A DNA stretch of 49,514 nt, from NCBI GenBank assembly GCA_050613775.1, contig JBODTK010000148.1, positions 372,001 to 421,514 of the forward strand. The letters are read 5' to 3'. Below the pieces are notes generated by a model. The model made no database searches. It saw only the letters and a list, made by a program, of their open reading frames with translations, and was not told the origin of the DNA. Source of the stretch: Neocallimastix sp. 'constans' (Eukaryota). The first letter of the stretch is position 1. Each line of letters begins with the position of its first letter. The translations under genes were made by a program, and so were the position numbers. Of this stretch, positions 1 to 10,529 are shown piece after piece.

Positions 1-2
1 AA

Positions 3-142
3 TACCTTAATGTACATTCAAATAATTACCCATTTCTTTGTCACTATAATACAATTTTACGAAAAGCTGATCCAAATATACCCGGTATGAGAGGTCTTAG
101 TATAAGTGTACATCGTTCTTGTTCATTTTCTCATGATCCCTT
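3..142 (+). mobile_element. Fragment of a LINE apurinic endonuclease (APE) domain from a different family than the 1.2-4.96 kb LINE; begins before the window
   Basis: Frame from position 3 reads YLNVHSNNYPFLCHYNTILRKADPNIPGMRGLSISVHRSCSFSHDPF. By eye this aligns with the post-QET segment of the neighbouring LINE APE (NYKYFLKRMDPTTPSCRG..YLGYHVSC, ~2060-2150). Similarity stops where the 143-551 repeat begins. Confidence 0.6.
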
Positions 143-1077
143 TGGAAAAGGAATAATCTATATCAGGCGTACTAATTACAGCTTTCTATGATTCTGATGA
201 TAATCGATGGTTATCCTTTCTAAAGTGTCTTCTAGTACGAAGAGAGAAAACTGGAATGCTGGAAGATTGTAGAAAGTGAACTTGATGTTTTATATTGTTT
301 TAAACTGGATCTGTTGTAACATTGGAGTTGTATAATTAATAATATCATGTAGTTTCTACATATTATCATTGTAATGAATCTATTGTATTTTTTACTTTAG
401 CATTATTTTGTATATGTATTTTTTTATAGCATTATTTATACTTTCATATAGCTATTGTAAAATGGAAATGTAGGAGATTGATTCACTCCAAAGCTTGTGT
501 TTAAGATATTATTTAATTGATAGGAATATTTTTATAGTCTTTCTCTACTAATATTTTTTCTTTTTAAATATACTTTTAGCTAATTTATGATTATTCAACA
601 GAAAATTTTTAACATCTTAAAGCCCCCAATGATGTGGACTGTTTTTCCAGGTCCATGGAAGGTTGATGGAAAAGGAATAATCTATATCAGGTGTACTAAT
701 TACAGCTTTCTGTGATTCTGATGATAATCGATGGTTATCCTTTCTAAAGTGGCTTCTAGTACGAAGAGAGAAAATTAGAATACTGGAAGACTGTAGAAAG
801 TGAACTTGATGTTTTATATTGTTTTAAACTGGATATGTAGTGACATTGGAATTGTATAATTAATAATATCATGTAGTTTCTACATATTATCATTGTAATG
901 AATCTATTGTATTTTTTACTTTAGCATTATTTTGTATATGTATTTTTCTATAGTATTATTTATACTTTCATATAGCTATTGTAAAATGGAAATGTAGGAG
1001 ATTGATTCACTCCAAAGCTTGTGTTTAAGACATTATTTAATTGATAGGAATATTTTTATAGTCTTTCACCACTAACA
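143..1077. mobile_element. Two ~410-bp LTR-like direct repeats with a ~110-bp spacer (TRIM-like or tandem LTR remnant)
   Basis: 143-551 and 667-1075 align without gaps at offset 524 with scattered substitutions. The second copy extends to TGATGG...ACTAACA (664-1077, TG...CA ends). No ORF and no target-site duplication seen. The repeat is certain; the LTR interpretation is inference. Confidence 0.55.
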
Positions 1078-1422
1078 AATCGAATAGAATTTCAGAAACT
1101 CAAAAGTTAACAGAAAATACATAATAGAAAAAAAAAAAAAAAAAAAAGAGTTTATTCATTACTTAAATAACAGGAAAAAAGATATTATTCATTACTACAA
1201 AATTCTTTAGTTGTTCATTTTATTTAAACTTAATCAATTACTCCACGAAGATAGGATCTTCATATTTTTATTATTATTTTATTATTTTTTTTTTATTTAT
1301 ATTTTTTTTTTAATTATATTTATTTATTTATATATATATATATTTTTATCTATATTTCTTAGTTTTTAGTATTTTAGTCTTCATTGTTTCATTTTTTTAA
1401 ATTGTAGTTTTTTTAGTTCATT

Positions 1423-1944
1423 ATGGAAAAGATATTTCACCGGGGTTCTCGCTGCTATGGAACATCTATTGACAACACAGGATTGATTTTTATTCGTGGT
1501 ATACACTCATGGACTAATGCTAAAATGAAGGAATTTATTCATTCTAAATTCAAAAAATTCAATGTTAATATTTTGTCAGTAAAAAGAATTACCAATTTCA
1601 ATTATAGCTTCTTCAGGATAAAAGTATACACTCCAAATTTCAACCTCAAAAAATTTAAAAAAGTATTTAAAAAGGCACTATCAGGAGTTAAAATTTCATA
1701 TAGTAGATGTTCCAAATGGAATCATAAGGTTTCTTTTCGGCATTTAAAACAAAATTTAATATCTATTAACACATCCAATGATATTAACACAGTAAACCTC
1801 AGTTCAACAAATTTAGTAAATGTTATTAATGGCAATCATGAACTAATTGCTCCCAATATTCCTAATCTTAATTCTCAAAATCCATTTTCACAGGAAAGTT
1901 TTCTTTTTGTCTTAATTGGAATACCAACCGATGGAATTTTGTGA
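1423..1944 (+). pseudogene. LINE N-terminal basic domain (ORF1-like, possibly RRM-like), probably once fused to APE
   Basis: 173-aa Lys-rich ORF with alternating beta/alpha pattern (LIFIRGI...ILSVKRI..YSFFRIKV). It overlaps the start of the APE domain, which is in the -1 frame from a T-run at ~1898-1908. Confidence 0.55.
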
Positions 1945-2900
1945 AAAGAGATAGTATTGAGTATACTTCGACACAATATTTAAACCATTATTTATATGTT
2001 TTCAGGAAACAGGTAATGGTACCTTTGATGCTAGAAATCCATGTAATGTAACACTTCACAACTATAAATATTTCCTGAAAAGAATGGATCCTACTACTCC
2101 AAGTTGCAGAGGTTTTTTTTTTATATCTTGGTTATCATGTCTCATGTCAAGCAGTACTTGAAGATAATTCCTATACTTATCTTGTTTCTTTAACAACTTA
2201 TAGTCTCTGGAATCATTCTAAGTGTTCTGTTGGTAATGTCTTTATTCCCACTAAGAAACACTCATTACAAGTCCGATATGCATTTTCAGAAGTTTTCACA
2301 TGGCTTCAGAATCACACTAATCATCCATCTATTCTTCTTGGAGAACTTTAACATGAGTACCTCTGATTTACAAGATAAATTATCCAATAGTAACCTTGAT
2401 AACTGGTTTATTCTTCCGATTAATGGTTCACCTATTTCATGGACAAGAGGTAGTTATTCATCTGATATTGATCACGCGTTAGTCAATTCAAGTATGCTGG
2501 TTAAAATATCAAGTGCTTATTTTGATGATTATCCTTCTGTACCTGATCATAAACCTCTCATGGTTTATTGTAAGAAAATTACCACACAGATGAATCATTT
2601 TTGTTACCAAAAAAAATTTGTAAGATGGGATAGGTATTAATGTCTTGAACAAAAGAAAGAAATATGTCGTCACAATAAATTTGAAATTCTTAGTGAAGAA
2701 ATAGAAAATGAAGAACTTTCAATAGATTGTGTTATTGAAAAGTTCATTAATACTACCAATTCCATAGCTAAGGATTTATCGATTACATCTTCAACAGAAA
2801 TCAGGAAAGCAATGTTTAGAATGTCACGAAAAATTTATTGTCTTCAAAAGGTTAAGCATATTAAATATAAACAAATTAAGCGTTATGTTTCTGCAAATGA
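1905..2900 (+). pseudogene. LINE APE endonuclease domain and linker, several frameshifts
   Basis: Ordered EEP-superfamily motifs WNxN, QET, GDFN, IDH and (S/P)DH are spread over changing frames. Confidence 0.88.
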
Positions 2901-4702
2901 TTCCAATTTTGTTTAACTTGTTCATTAATGATATTTTTAATAATTGTAATAAATATGTCATCTCTATTGGTGATAAACGTTGTTGTGGAGGTCTTTTTGC
3001 AGATGACATTGTGTTATGTGCTCCAACAAGATCCCAACTTAAGAAATTGTTAAAGTTTTCTAGTAAATGGGCTAGAAATAATGAAATGCAATTTAGTATC
3101 AATAAATGTGCCAGTCTAGTAGTACGAGGGGAATTTTCTAGTTTTCTTTATAATAGTAATCCTACCTTCTATCTTTCAAGTCAAGAGTTACCTAAAACGA
3201 ATTGCTACACCTACTTAGGTGTACCATTTTCAAATGATTTAGAATTGAAACCGATCATACAGAGAATAAATAATAAAGTTAGAAATACACTTTATTCCAT
3301 AAAAGGATTTCTTAAGAACCCTCATATTCCTATCCCTTATAAAAGAATGTTATTTTCCGCTATAGTAATTGGACAAGTTTCATATTATGCACCTCTACTT
3401 GGATCTAACATAGATAGAACGAGAAGTTCACAGACACTAGTTAATTCAGGATTATACTGGATTGAAGGATTTTCTAAAGGGAATAGCTTTACTTCCCTTT
3501 ATTGTGTTTCTAAAGAACTTAACGTTTCCTCCTCTTTCGGCAAAATGTGCGATTGCTCAGGTAAGGTGTTTTAAAAAATGGAAAAACTCGAAATGTATTA
3601 TCTCTGATTTACTTAGAGATATATCTCGTTGTAGACATCATGCATGGGATAAAGAAGGTAAAATTTTAGCTGACAAATTAGATAAATTTCCATCAAAAAA
3701 AAAAAAAAAGCTATTTTAAACTTTTACTGGGATAGAGATATGGCAGGAAAATCAATCAAAGCTAAGGCTTATATAAAAATAATAATTTTGAGAAAACTAG
3801 AGAGTATCTTAAGCTAAAATTATAAATATCCTGAATTTAGCATTGGCTTCCGATGGGTACTTCGTGCCAGATGTGGATATAAATTCGATGCTTGTGTTGC
3901 CAAAGCCGCCAAAATGATTGAAGAAGACTGTCCTGAAAGGTGTCCTTGTTGTTATAGAAAAAATAGTAATTTTCGATTGGAACATTGGTTTTCTAAATGC
4001 TATCTTTTCCGTGAATTTCGAATGAAATATTTTAAGGATATTGAAATTCTTTATAAAATATTTTATATTATTTCTAAGTATTGTCCAATATCTGATAGTA
4101 ATGTAGACACTGTTATCACAGATATGAATAATATAGAACATATTTCTGATTCTGATAATAGTAACGAAGCATATAATATTAATAATATTAACAATAGAAA
4201 TAATATTGTTAATAATAGTAGAAATAGTGATAGTGAAAATAGAAATACTAATATTAGTGATAGTGAAAATTATAATATCGTTACTTCTAATTTAGTGAAT
4301 AGTTCAATTGGTGAAAATCGTGGTAATTTAAGTAATTTTCTGAATAATGAGTGTGTAAATATTTATGTGACGTGGTACCGATTATATAACTTTCTTCTCG
4401 GTGGAAGGAATGCAGATATAATAGATTTAAATTATAAAAAGGAATGGAATATTTTGTTTAAGAACCAAATCATTTCTGGTGATTATTCAAAAACGCCATT
4501 CTTGGTGCGATCTGCGGCTCTCTTTACAGAAATTATGCCTCGAGCTAGTACTCGGCAAGGGTTACTATTCCGAAAGTATAAGTGCAAACTAACCAGGAGC
4601 GTCAACGCTGAAAATGCAGTAAGACAGGCTAGCAGGGCCAATGCCTCTGAAGGAGAAGACCATAATTTCTTTCAGATAGTCAACTCAAACTCTAATCCAT
4701 AA
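2900..4702 (+). pseudogene. LINE reverse transcriptase (C-terminal half only), thumb, CCHC zinc knuckle and C-terminal domain
   Basis: ORF pieces 2885-3574, 3462-3719 and 3914-4702 carry LFADD, YTYLG, CPCC...EHWFSKC and FLLGG. They are joined by frameshifts. Confidence 0.9.
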
Positions 4703-5157
4703 GGAGATGAGGTTCGTTGCCTATGAACTTTTTTCTGAATTTATTTATACACTTATTTTTGATTATTATTTTTTAATTTCACGTTACTATTTTATTTATT
4801 ATTATGTTCAAGTTGGACAAATAATATTTATTTATTTTATTAATTCTATGTTTTTTTTTATTTTTTATAAAAATTAAAAGTATTCATGTATTTTATATAA
4901 GAATAAATAAATAAAGATTAAAGCTCGCAATAATTTCGGCTATAAAAAAAAAAAAAAATACAAATAAATAATTACCTTATACTAAGGAATTAATTTTACA
5001 TTGTGAGTTAATTCCCCTAATAGGCGAAATTTTCCAACTTATTATAAAGAAAGGAAAGATCAACTACCGGGAATTAAATATTGAAGATAAAAATATAAAA
5101 ATATAAATATATATATATAGTATATAATCTATATATATATATTAAAATAAAATATAG

Positions 5158-5193
<36 letters not shown>

Positions 5194-5624
5194 ATATATA
5201 TATATAATTATATAGAAGTTTGAATTTTTTTTTTTTTTTTTAATAAAAATTAAATATATAATAAGCCTAAATTATCCTTGAAAAAAATAATAAATAATAA
5301 ATAATAAATAATGAATAAAGAAAAAAAAATAAAAATAAAATAATAATAATAATAATAATATACAAATATTCCAAGTTTTCCAAAAATTTCTTTTTTTTTT
5401 TTTCAAAATTAGTTATATAAATATAAATATTAAAAAATATTTTAATGTCAGTGAACTATTTCTTCGTACCAAGGAATCAAATTTACATTGAGTGTTTTAA
5501 TGAGTTATAAAATTAAATAAAATTACACCATTTTTTATATGAAAAACAAAATAAAATATAAACATTTCTTTATAGAAAAGTTAAACAAAAATATATAGAT
5601 ACATTATTATAACATTAATATATA

Positions 5625-5666
<42 letters not shown>

Positions 5667-6656
5667 AAAAAAAGTTGAGTATATTTTTTATTGCTTTACT
5701 TAAAATAATAGGTCAATAATTTATTCATTATTAAATTATTAAATTACATTTTTTTTTTTTTTTTACTAAATTATTATATTTATTATATATGTTAAATATT
5801 CCCTTTCTTAGTAAATTAAAAAATGAATATATATTTCACAGCTTTATTTAATAATTATTAATTAATTTATTTATTTTATAAGTTCTTTTTTAAATAAAAG
5901 AAATTTTTTTTATTAACATGAATTAGTATGAAAAAAATAAAAAAATAAAAAAATAAAAAAATACATATTTTTAAACATATATTAAAATCCATTTTTTTAA
6001 TAATAAAAATTTAAAAAATATATATATATATTTATAAATATATTAAAATCTATCTATTTAATATAAATAATAATATGTTGTTTTATACTAATTTATTATT
6101 TTATAAATAATATTTAATAGCCATTGTATTGATTTTTATAATATATTAACTTTCTTTTCATAATTATTTTGTTATATTCTAAATATTGCATTAATAAGTT
6201 TATAAGCTTAATACTATAAGAACATGACTAGTTAAAAAAATAAAAAAGTTGATTTATTTATAGAACTGAAGTAGACAAAAATTATTCAAAAATGATAATA
6301 ATCATTCTCATATAATAATTATCTTCGTTTAGTAATAATAAATTAACTTCTTTTTAATTATTTTACGTCTTACTATTAATATAAAATTTTAATATAAAAT
6401 ATCTCGATTTGAATTTTAAATTATGAGTATTCATATCATTTTTTCATATTGAATATTTTATATTAAAAAATTATATTTTACCAGGAATTCCTCATATTAA
6501 GACGTGTATCCTTTTTAATTTATATATATATATATATATATCAATAAATATATTTTATTAGATTTTTTCATTTTTAAGTTTATTTAAATTTAAAATAAAT
6601 AAAAATAAAGAAATAATTATGATTAAATTTAATTTAAATATTAAATTATTCATAAC

Positions 6657-8078
6657 TTACCAATAATCTAGCTCGAATATTCTATTCCTAAGTGATTGAG
6701 AAAACGTATCTAGTAATATTTCAATTAGTATTTGCTTTTGAAGAATATCATCCATATTGGATATTTGTTTATAGTAAATATGAAATAATATCATTTCACA
6801 TAATGCTTCTAACTTTATTGTCTTAAGTTTCACATTACTCTTTTTATTTAATATATCTATATTATTTAAAATATTTCTAATTTCTTGTCTTAAATTACCT
6901 TCTAATTCTAAGTTATTTAAATTATTATAGATATTTAATAAATCATTAACTGTTGAATTTAAATATATTACTCGTTGATTTATTAAAATATTTATAGAAC
7001 TTTTGTCTATATTACAAAAATCAAAATTTTTTATAAGATTTATCACAAGGGAATTTTTATCTATTAGTAATTGATCTTTTAAAACGCTCACTCTACTTTT
7101 GACATTATGATAACCGTTTTGATTTTTTAGTACGTCTATAATAATTTCCATAGGAGGATTTAAAGCTACCAAGTTATTTAGTAATATTCTATGTTCTCTA
7201 TCGTTAACAGGTGCATCATTTCTTCTAATGATTCTTTCATTATCATTATTTTCATTAAAAAAAAGGATTTTAAAATGAAATATATTTCTAATTTCATATT
7301 TATTTGCTTTATTATTCGTATGAAACATTGAATAGAAATAATATGAAAAAAGACTTTCCATTCCCTTCATCACATAGAACACATTCTTTTTCATATAAGA
7401 ACTTTCAATACGTTTTAAAAATTGTCTATATGTAATAAGCATGAAAGGTTCACTTAATATTCCACCATTGTTTTGAACGATATGATATATCCAAAATCCA
7501 TTACAACCTGTATTTAGAGTGATATTTGCATGGCCATTAATTATATCAATTGGATCAAAAGTAGAAAATCTTATTAAATCATCCAAACTTCCATTGGATA
7601 TAAAATTTTCAAGGCACTCCTTTAAATCATATATATTCTCAGTATTACTATTAAATATTCCTATACCTAATAAATACACATCTTCAGTATTTCCATTATT
7701 ATTTTGAATGTTTATATGTATTTCTCTGCTGTTACTGTTTTTTATTTCCTTATACGGCAATTTCTTTATTAAACTTTGAGGATTCAAAGTTTCCCTTGGA
7801 ATGTCATTTGTTATAAGAATATCATGTAATTCAGGAAATACTTCTAAATAATTATTAAAAGTACGTTCACCATTACTTCTAAATTTCGGGATTTCAAAAT
7901 AAGCTTCAATTTCATGTGATAAATTATCAAAATTTAGATTATTACAATCTATATTAAAATTTTGGTAATTTAAACCATAAAACCTTAATAAAGAATTAAG
8001 GCATTCATATAATTTATTTATTCTATTTATTTCATTAAATAAATTTGGTATTAAATGAAGTACTTCATTAAACTCCAT
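6657..8078 (-). CDS. Hypothetical protein, 473 aa, intronless, no recognised domain
   Basis: An uninterrupted 1422-nt ATG-to-TAA ORF in very AT-rich DNA where stops are frequent. It has an A-rich start context (AAAAATGG) and a non-repetitive, globular-looking composition. Confidence 0.8.
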   Translation of the reverse strand: MEFNEVLHLIPNLFNEINRINKLYECLNSLLRFYGLNYQNFNIDCNNLNFDNLSHEIEAYFEIPKFRSNGERTFNNYLEVFPELHDILITNDIPRETLNPQSLIKKLPYKEIKNSNSREIHINIQNNNGNTEDVYLLGIGIFNSNTENIYDLKECLENFISNGSLDDLIRFSTFDPIDIINGHANITLNTGCNGFWIYHIVQNNGGILSEPFMLITYRQFLKRIESSYMKKNVFYVMKGMESLFSYYFYSMFHTNNKANKYEIRNIFHFKILFFNENNDNERIIRRNDAPVNDREHRILLNNLVALNPPMEIIIDVLKNQNGYHNVKSRVSVLKDQLLIDKNSLVINLIKNFDFCNIDKSSINILINQRVIYLNSTVNDLLNIYNNLNNLELEGNLRQEIRNILNNIDILNKKSNVKLKTIKLEALCEMILFHIYYKQISNMDDILQKQILIEILLDTFSQSLRNRIFELDYW

Positions 8079-8111
8079 TTTTCTTTTACTTATTTATTTT
8101 TATTATTATAA

Positions 8112-8268
8112 ATATATATTTTTATTTATAAAATAATTTAAATAATTAAAATAATTAACTTCTCTTTCACAAATGAAATATATGTATATATATTTTTATT
8201 TATAAAAGATTTTAAATTATTAAAATAATTAGTTTCTCTTTCACAATTGAAATATAAAATATGTATAT
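8112..8268. repeat. ~74-bp imperfect tandem duplication just upstream of the 473-aa ORF
   Basis: ATATATATTTTTATTTATAAAA...TTCTCTTTCACAA.TGAAATATA occurs at 8112 and again at 8186. Confidence 0.8.
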
Positions 8269-8324
8269 TTTAAAAAAGTAGAAAAGATATGCTTATATAT
8301 ATATATGTATGTATATATATATAT

Positions 8325-8326
8325 AT

Positions 8327-8405
<79 letters not shown>

Positions 8406-8430
8406 TTTGTTTATTTGTTTGTTTGTTTGT

Positions 8431-8465
<35 letters not shown>

Positions 8466-8466
8466 T
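8325..8466. repeat. (ATTT)n microsatellite with GTTT variants
   Basis: Direct reading of the sequence. Confidence 0.95.
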
Positions 8467-9535
8467 CTTATTATATGTTATGGAATAAAGTTTATTTTAA
8501 ATTTAATTTTAATTTATTAAAATATTTATTAATCAATTATAATTTTATTATTAACTATATTATTTTCAATACACAATAATTAACATTATCAACCAATGAA
8601 ATTTAATAAACCAACAAATATATTATATTATATATTAAAATATACTTTAACATAATCAAAAAAAATATTTTATATATATATATATTTATATATATATTTA
8701 TACATATTTTTAATTATCATATATATATTACTTAATAGCATACTCATTTCAATAGAATATCATTTTTTTATAGATATTGCAATGTTATAAAAAACAATAA
8801 AATAAAATAAAATAAAATAAAATTTTATTATTTATTATTATTGACCTCTTTTATCTTAATCTTATATTTTATTTATATTTATTATACATATGTATAATTT
8901 CAATTTAAAATATAACCCACTATTAATAATTAAATAAAAATTTGATTATATCTATTCATTGAACCTTTTTCTCAAAAAATAATGTTTAATAAATTAGAAT
9001 TATTTCATTATTTCATTTTTATGACCTAAAGATATTATTAGAGAAGATATCATTGAAACCTTTATTCTAAGTTTTTAACTGCCCCAGATTATTCTTTATT
9101 GTCATCATCCAAAATTGAAAAATTATTGTGAAGTCAATAAAACTTGATAGAAATATAAACTGGAATAATTATATATAATATATAAAAGTACATTCAAATA
9201 ATACTAATAATATATATGGCCTATATACAAAATAAATGAAAATAAATAAATAAAATAAATAATAAAATAAATAGAATACAATACAATATATTGTCTTCCT
9301 TTTTTTTAATAAAAAAAATTTTAATTAATTTCTGTTATAAATCAGGAATTTTTTTTTATTTTTTTTTTTTTTTTTTGGAAGAGAATACACTTCCAAAAAC
9401 ATAAATCGGAATTATTCTATTTATTTTATTCATTTATTTTTATTTATTTTATATATAGCTCATATATTATTATTATAATTATTATTTTGAATATAAAAAA
9501 TTAAAAAAATTGACATATGGAACAATATTAATATT

Positions 9536-9830
9536 TGTTAATACTCCAGATTTATATAAATTTTTTTTAAAAAAAAAAAAAAAAAAGATAATATATTGTA
9601 TTCTATTTATTTTATTCTATTTATTTTATTCTATTTATATTATTTATTAAATTATTAATAGTAGGTCATATTTTAAATTGAAATTATTCATAAATATATA
9701 AATAAATATAAATAAAATATTTAAATTATTCCATATTTCATATATTTTAATTTTTTATATTAATACATTATGTTTTGTATATTATAATAATAGTATTATA
9801 TTACATTACGTATTCTAACATCTCCCCTTA
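9536..9830 (-). mobile_element. Probable Ty1/copia-type 3' LTR (285 bp) with adjacent polypurine tract
   Basis: The minus strand reads AAGGGGAGA|TGTTAGAATA at 9829-9811, a PPT abutting TGTTAG. The other end, TGTTAATA at 9536, gives inverted TGTTA...TAACA termini. No second LTR or clear pol ORF is seen. Confidence 0.5.
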
Positions 9831-10529
9831 AATTTATATTATTCTTTCAGAGTAATTTCGGTTTACTGATGAATATACACATATTATTTTTTTTTTTTTA
9901 TTATTATTATCTATTGACTAAACATTTATTATTACCGTTTATAAAATTATTTTCTATTAATAATTTTATATATATTTCACATATATTATCACTAAATTAT
10001 TTTCAAATTTATTACCCACACTATACAAAATACTACTACGTTTTTATAGATAAAACTGCTGAATTTTTACAATATTTAGTTATAATGGAACGCATTAGGG
10101 ATTACACCTTTCTTTTATTTGTTATATGAGAACCTCTTGGGTATTACGTCATTTAAAAATCGATAAATGTGTTTAATATCATTTAAACATCAGATGAAAA
10201 TAAATAAAAAAAAAAAAAAGAAAAAAAATTAAAAAATTTATAAAAATTTAAAAAAAAAAATTTTTTTTTTTTTCTTTTTTTATCCTATTCTTATTATTAT
10301 TATTAAACAATAGGACCCAACTTTTTAAATTTTGATAAAAAAAAAACATTATTAATAATATTTATAAAAATTATTTATTATTTTTATATGATTATTTTAT
10401 ATAAAAAAATTTTTTATAAAATATATAATTATAAAAAATAAAAAATTTTCATATATATATATTTTCTTTTATAAATATATATATATTATAATTTATTATT
10501 TGTCATTAAATATTATTTAGAAAATTTTA

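Larger units (their letters stand above)
1150..4958 (+). mobile_element. Non-LTR retrotransposon (LINE), APE-RT-CCHC type, frameshifted and internally deleted
   Basis: APE motifs: WNTNRW (~1917), CFQETG (~1997-2014), GDFN with a 1-nt insertion (~2340), IDHALV (~2467), PDHKPL (~2542). RT motifs: PILFNLFIND, LFADDIVL, NKC, YTYLG (2900-3220). Zinc knuckle CPCC..LEHWFSKC (~3941-4000). Stop at 4702, AT-rich 3' UTR, A15 tail at 4944-4958. The 5' boundary is approximate. Confidence 0.92.

Noticed and set aside
2824..4141. Minus-strand ORFs 2824-3102 and 3809-4141
   Set aside because: Antisense shadows of the LINE coding region.
4590..4680. Possible hammerhead or HDV-like ribozyme near the LINE 3' end (AGCG-TCAA-CGCT hairpin, CTGAAGGA)
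   Set aside because: No complete CUGAnGA/GAAA core with three stems and no nested pseudoknot could be built; the CTGAAGGA part is missing from the second copy.
8289..8579. ORFs made of FIYL repeats
   Set aside because: Translation of the (ATTT)n microsatellite.
9020..9170. GC-richer island that might be an exon
   Set aside because: Stops occur in the frames examined and no motif is recognisable.
9990..10200. Copia RT/RNase H remnant next to the PPT
   Set aside because: Only a vague resemblance (LNDIKHIYRFLND) with multiple stops; no ADxxTK or YVDD motif found.
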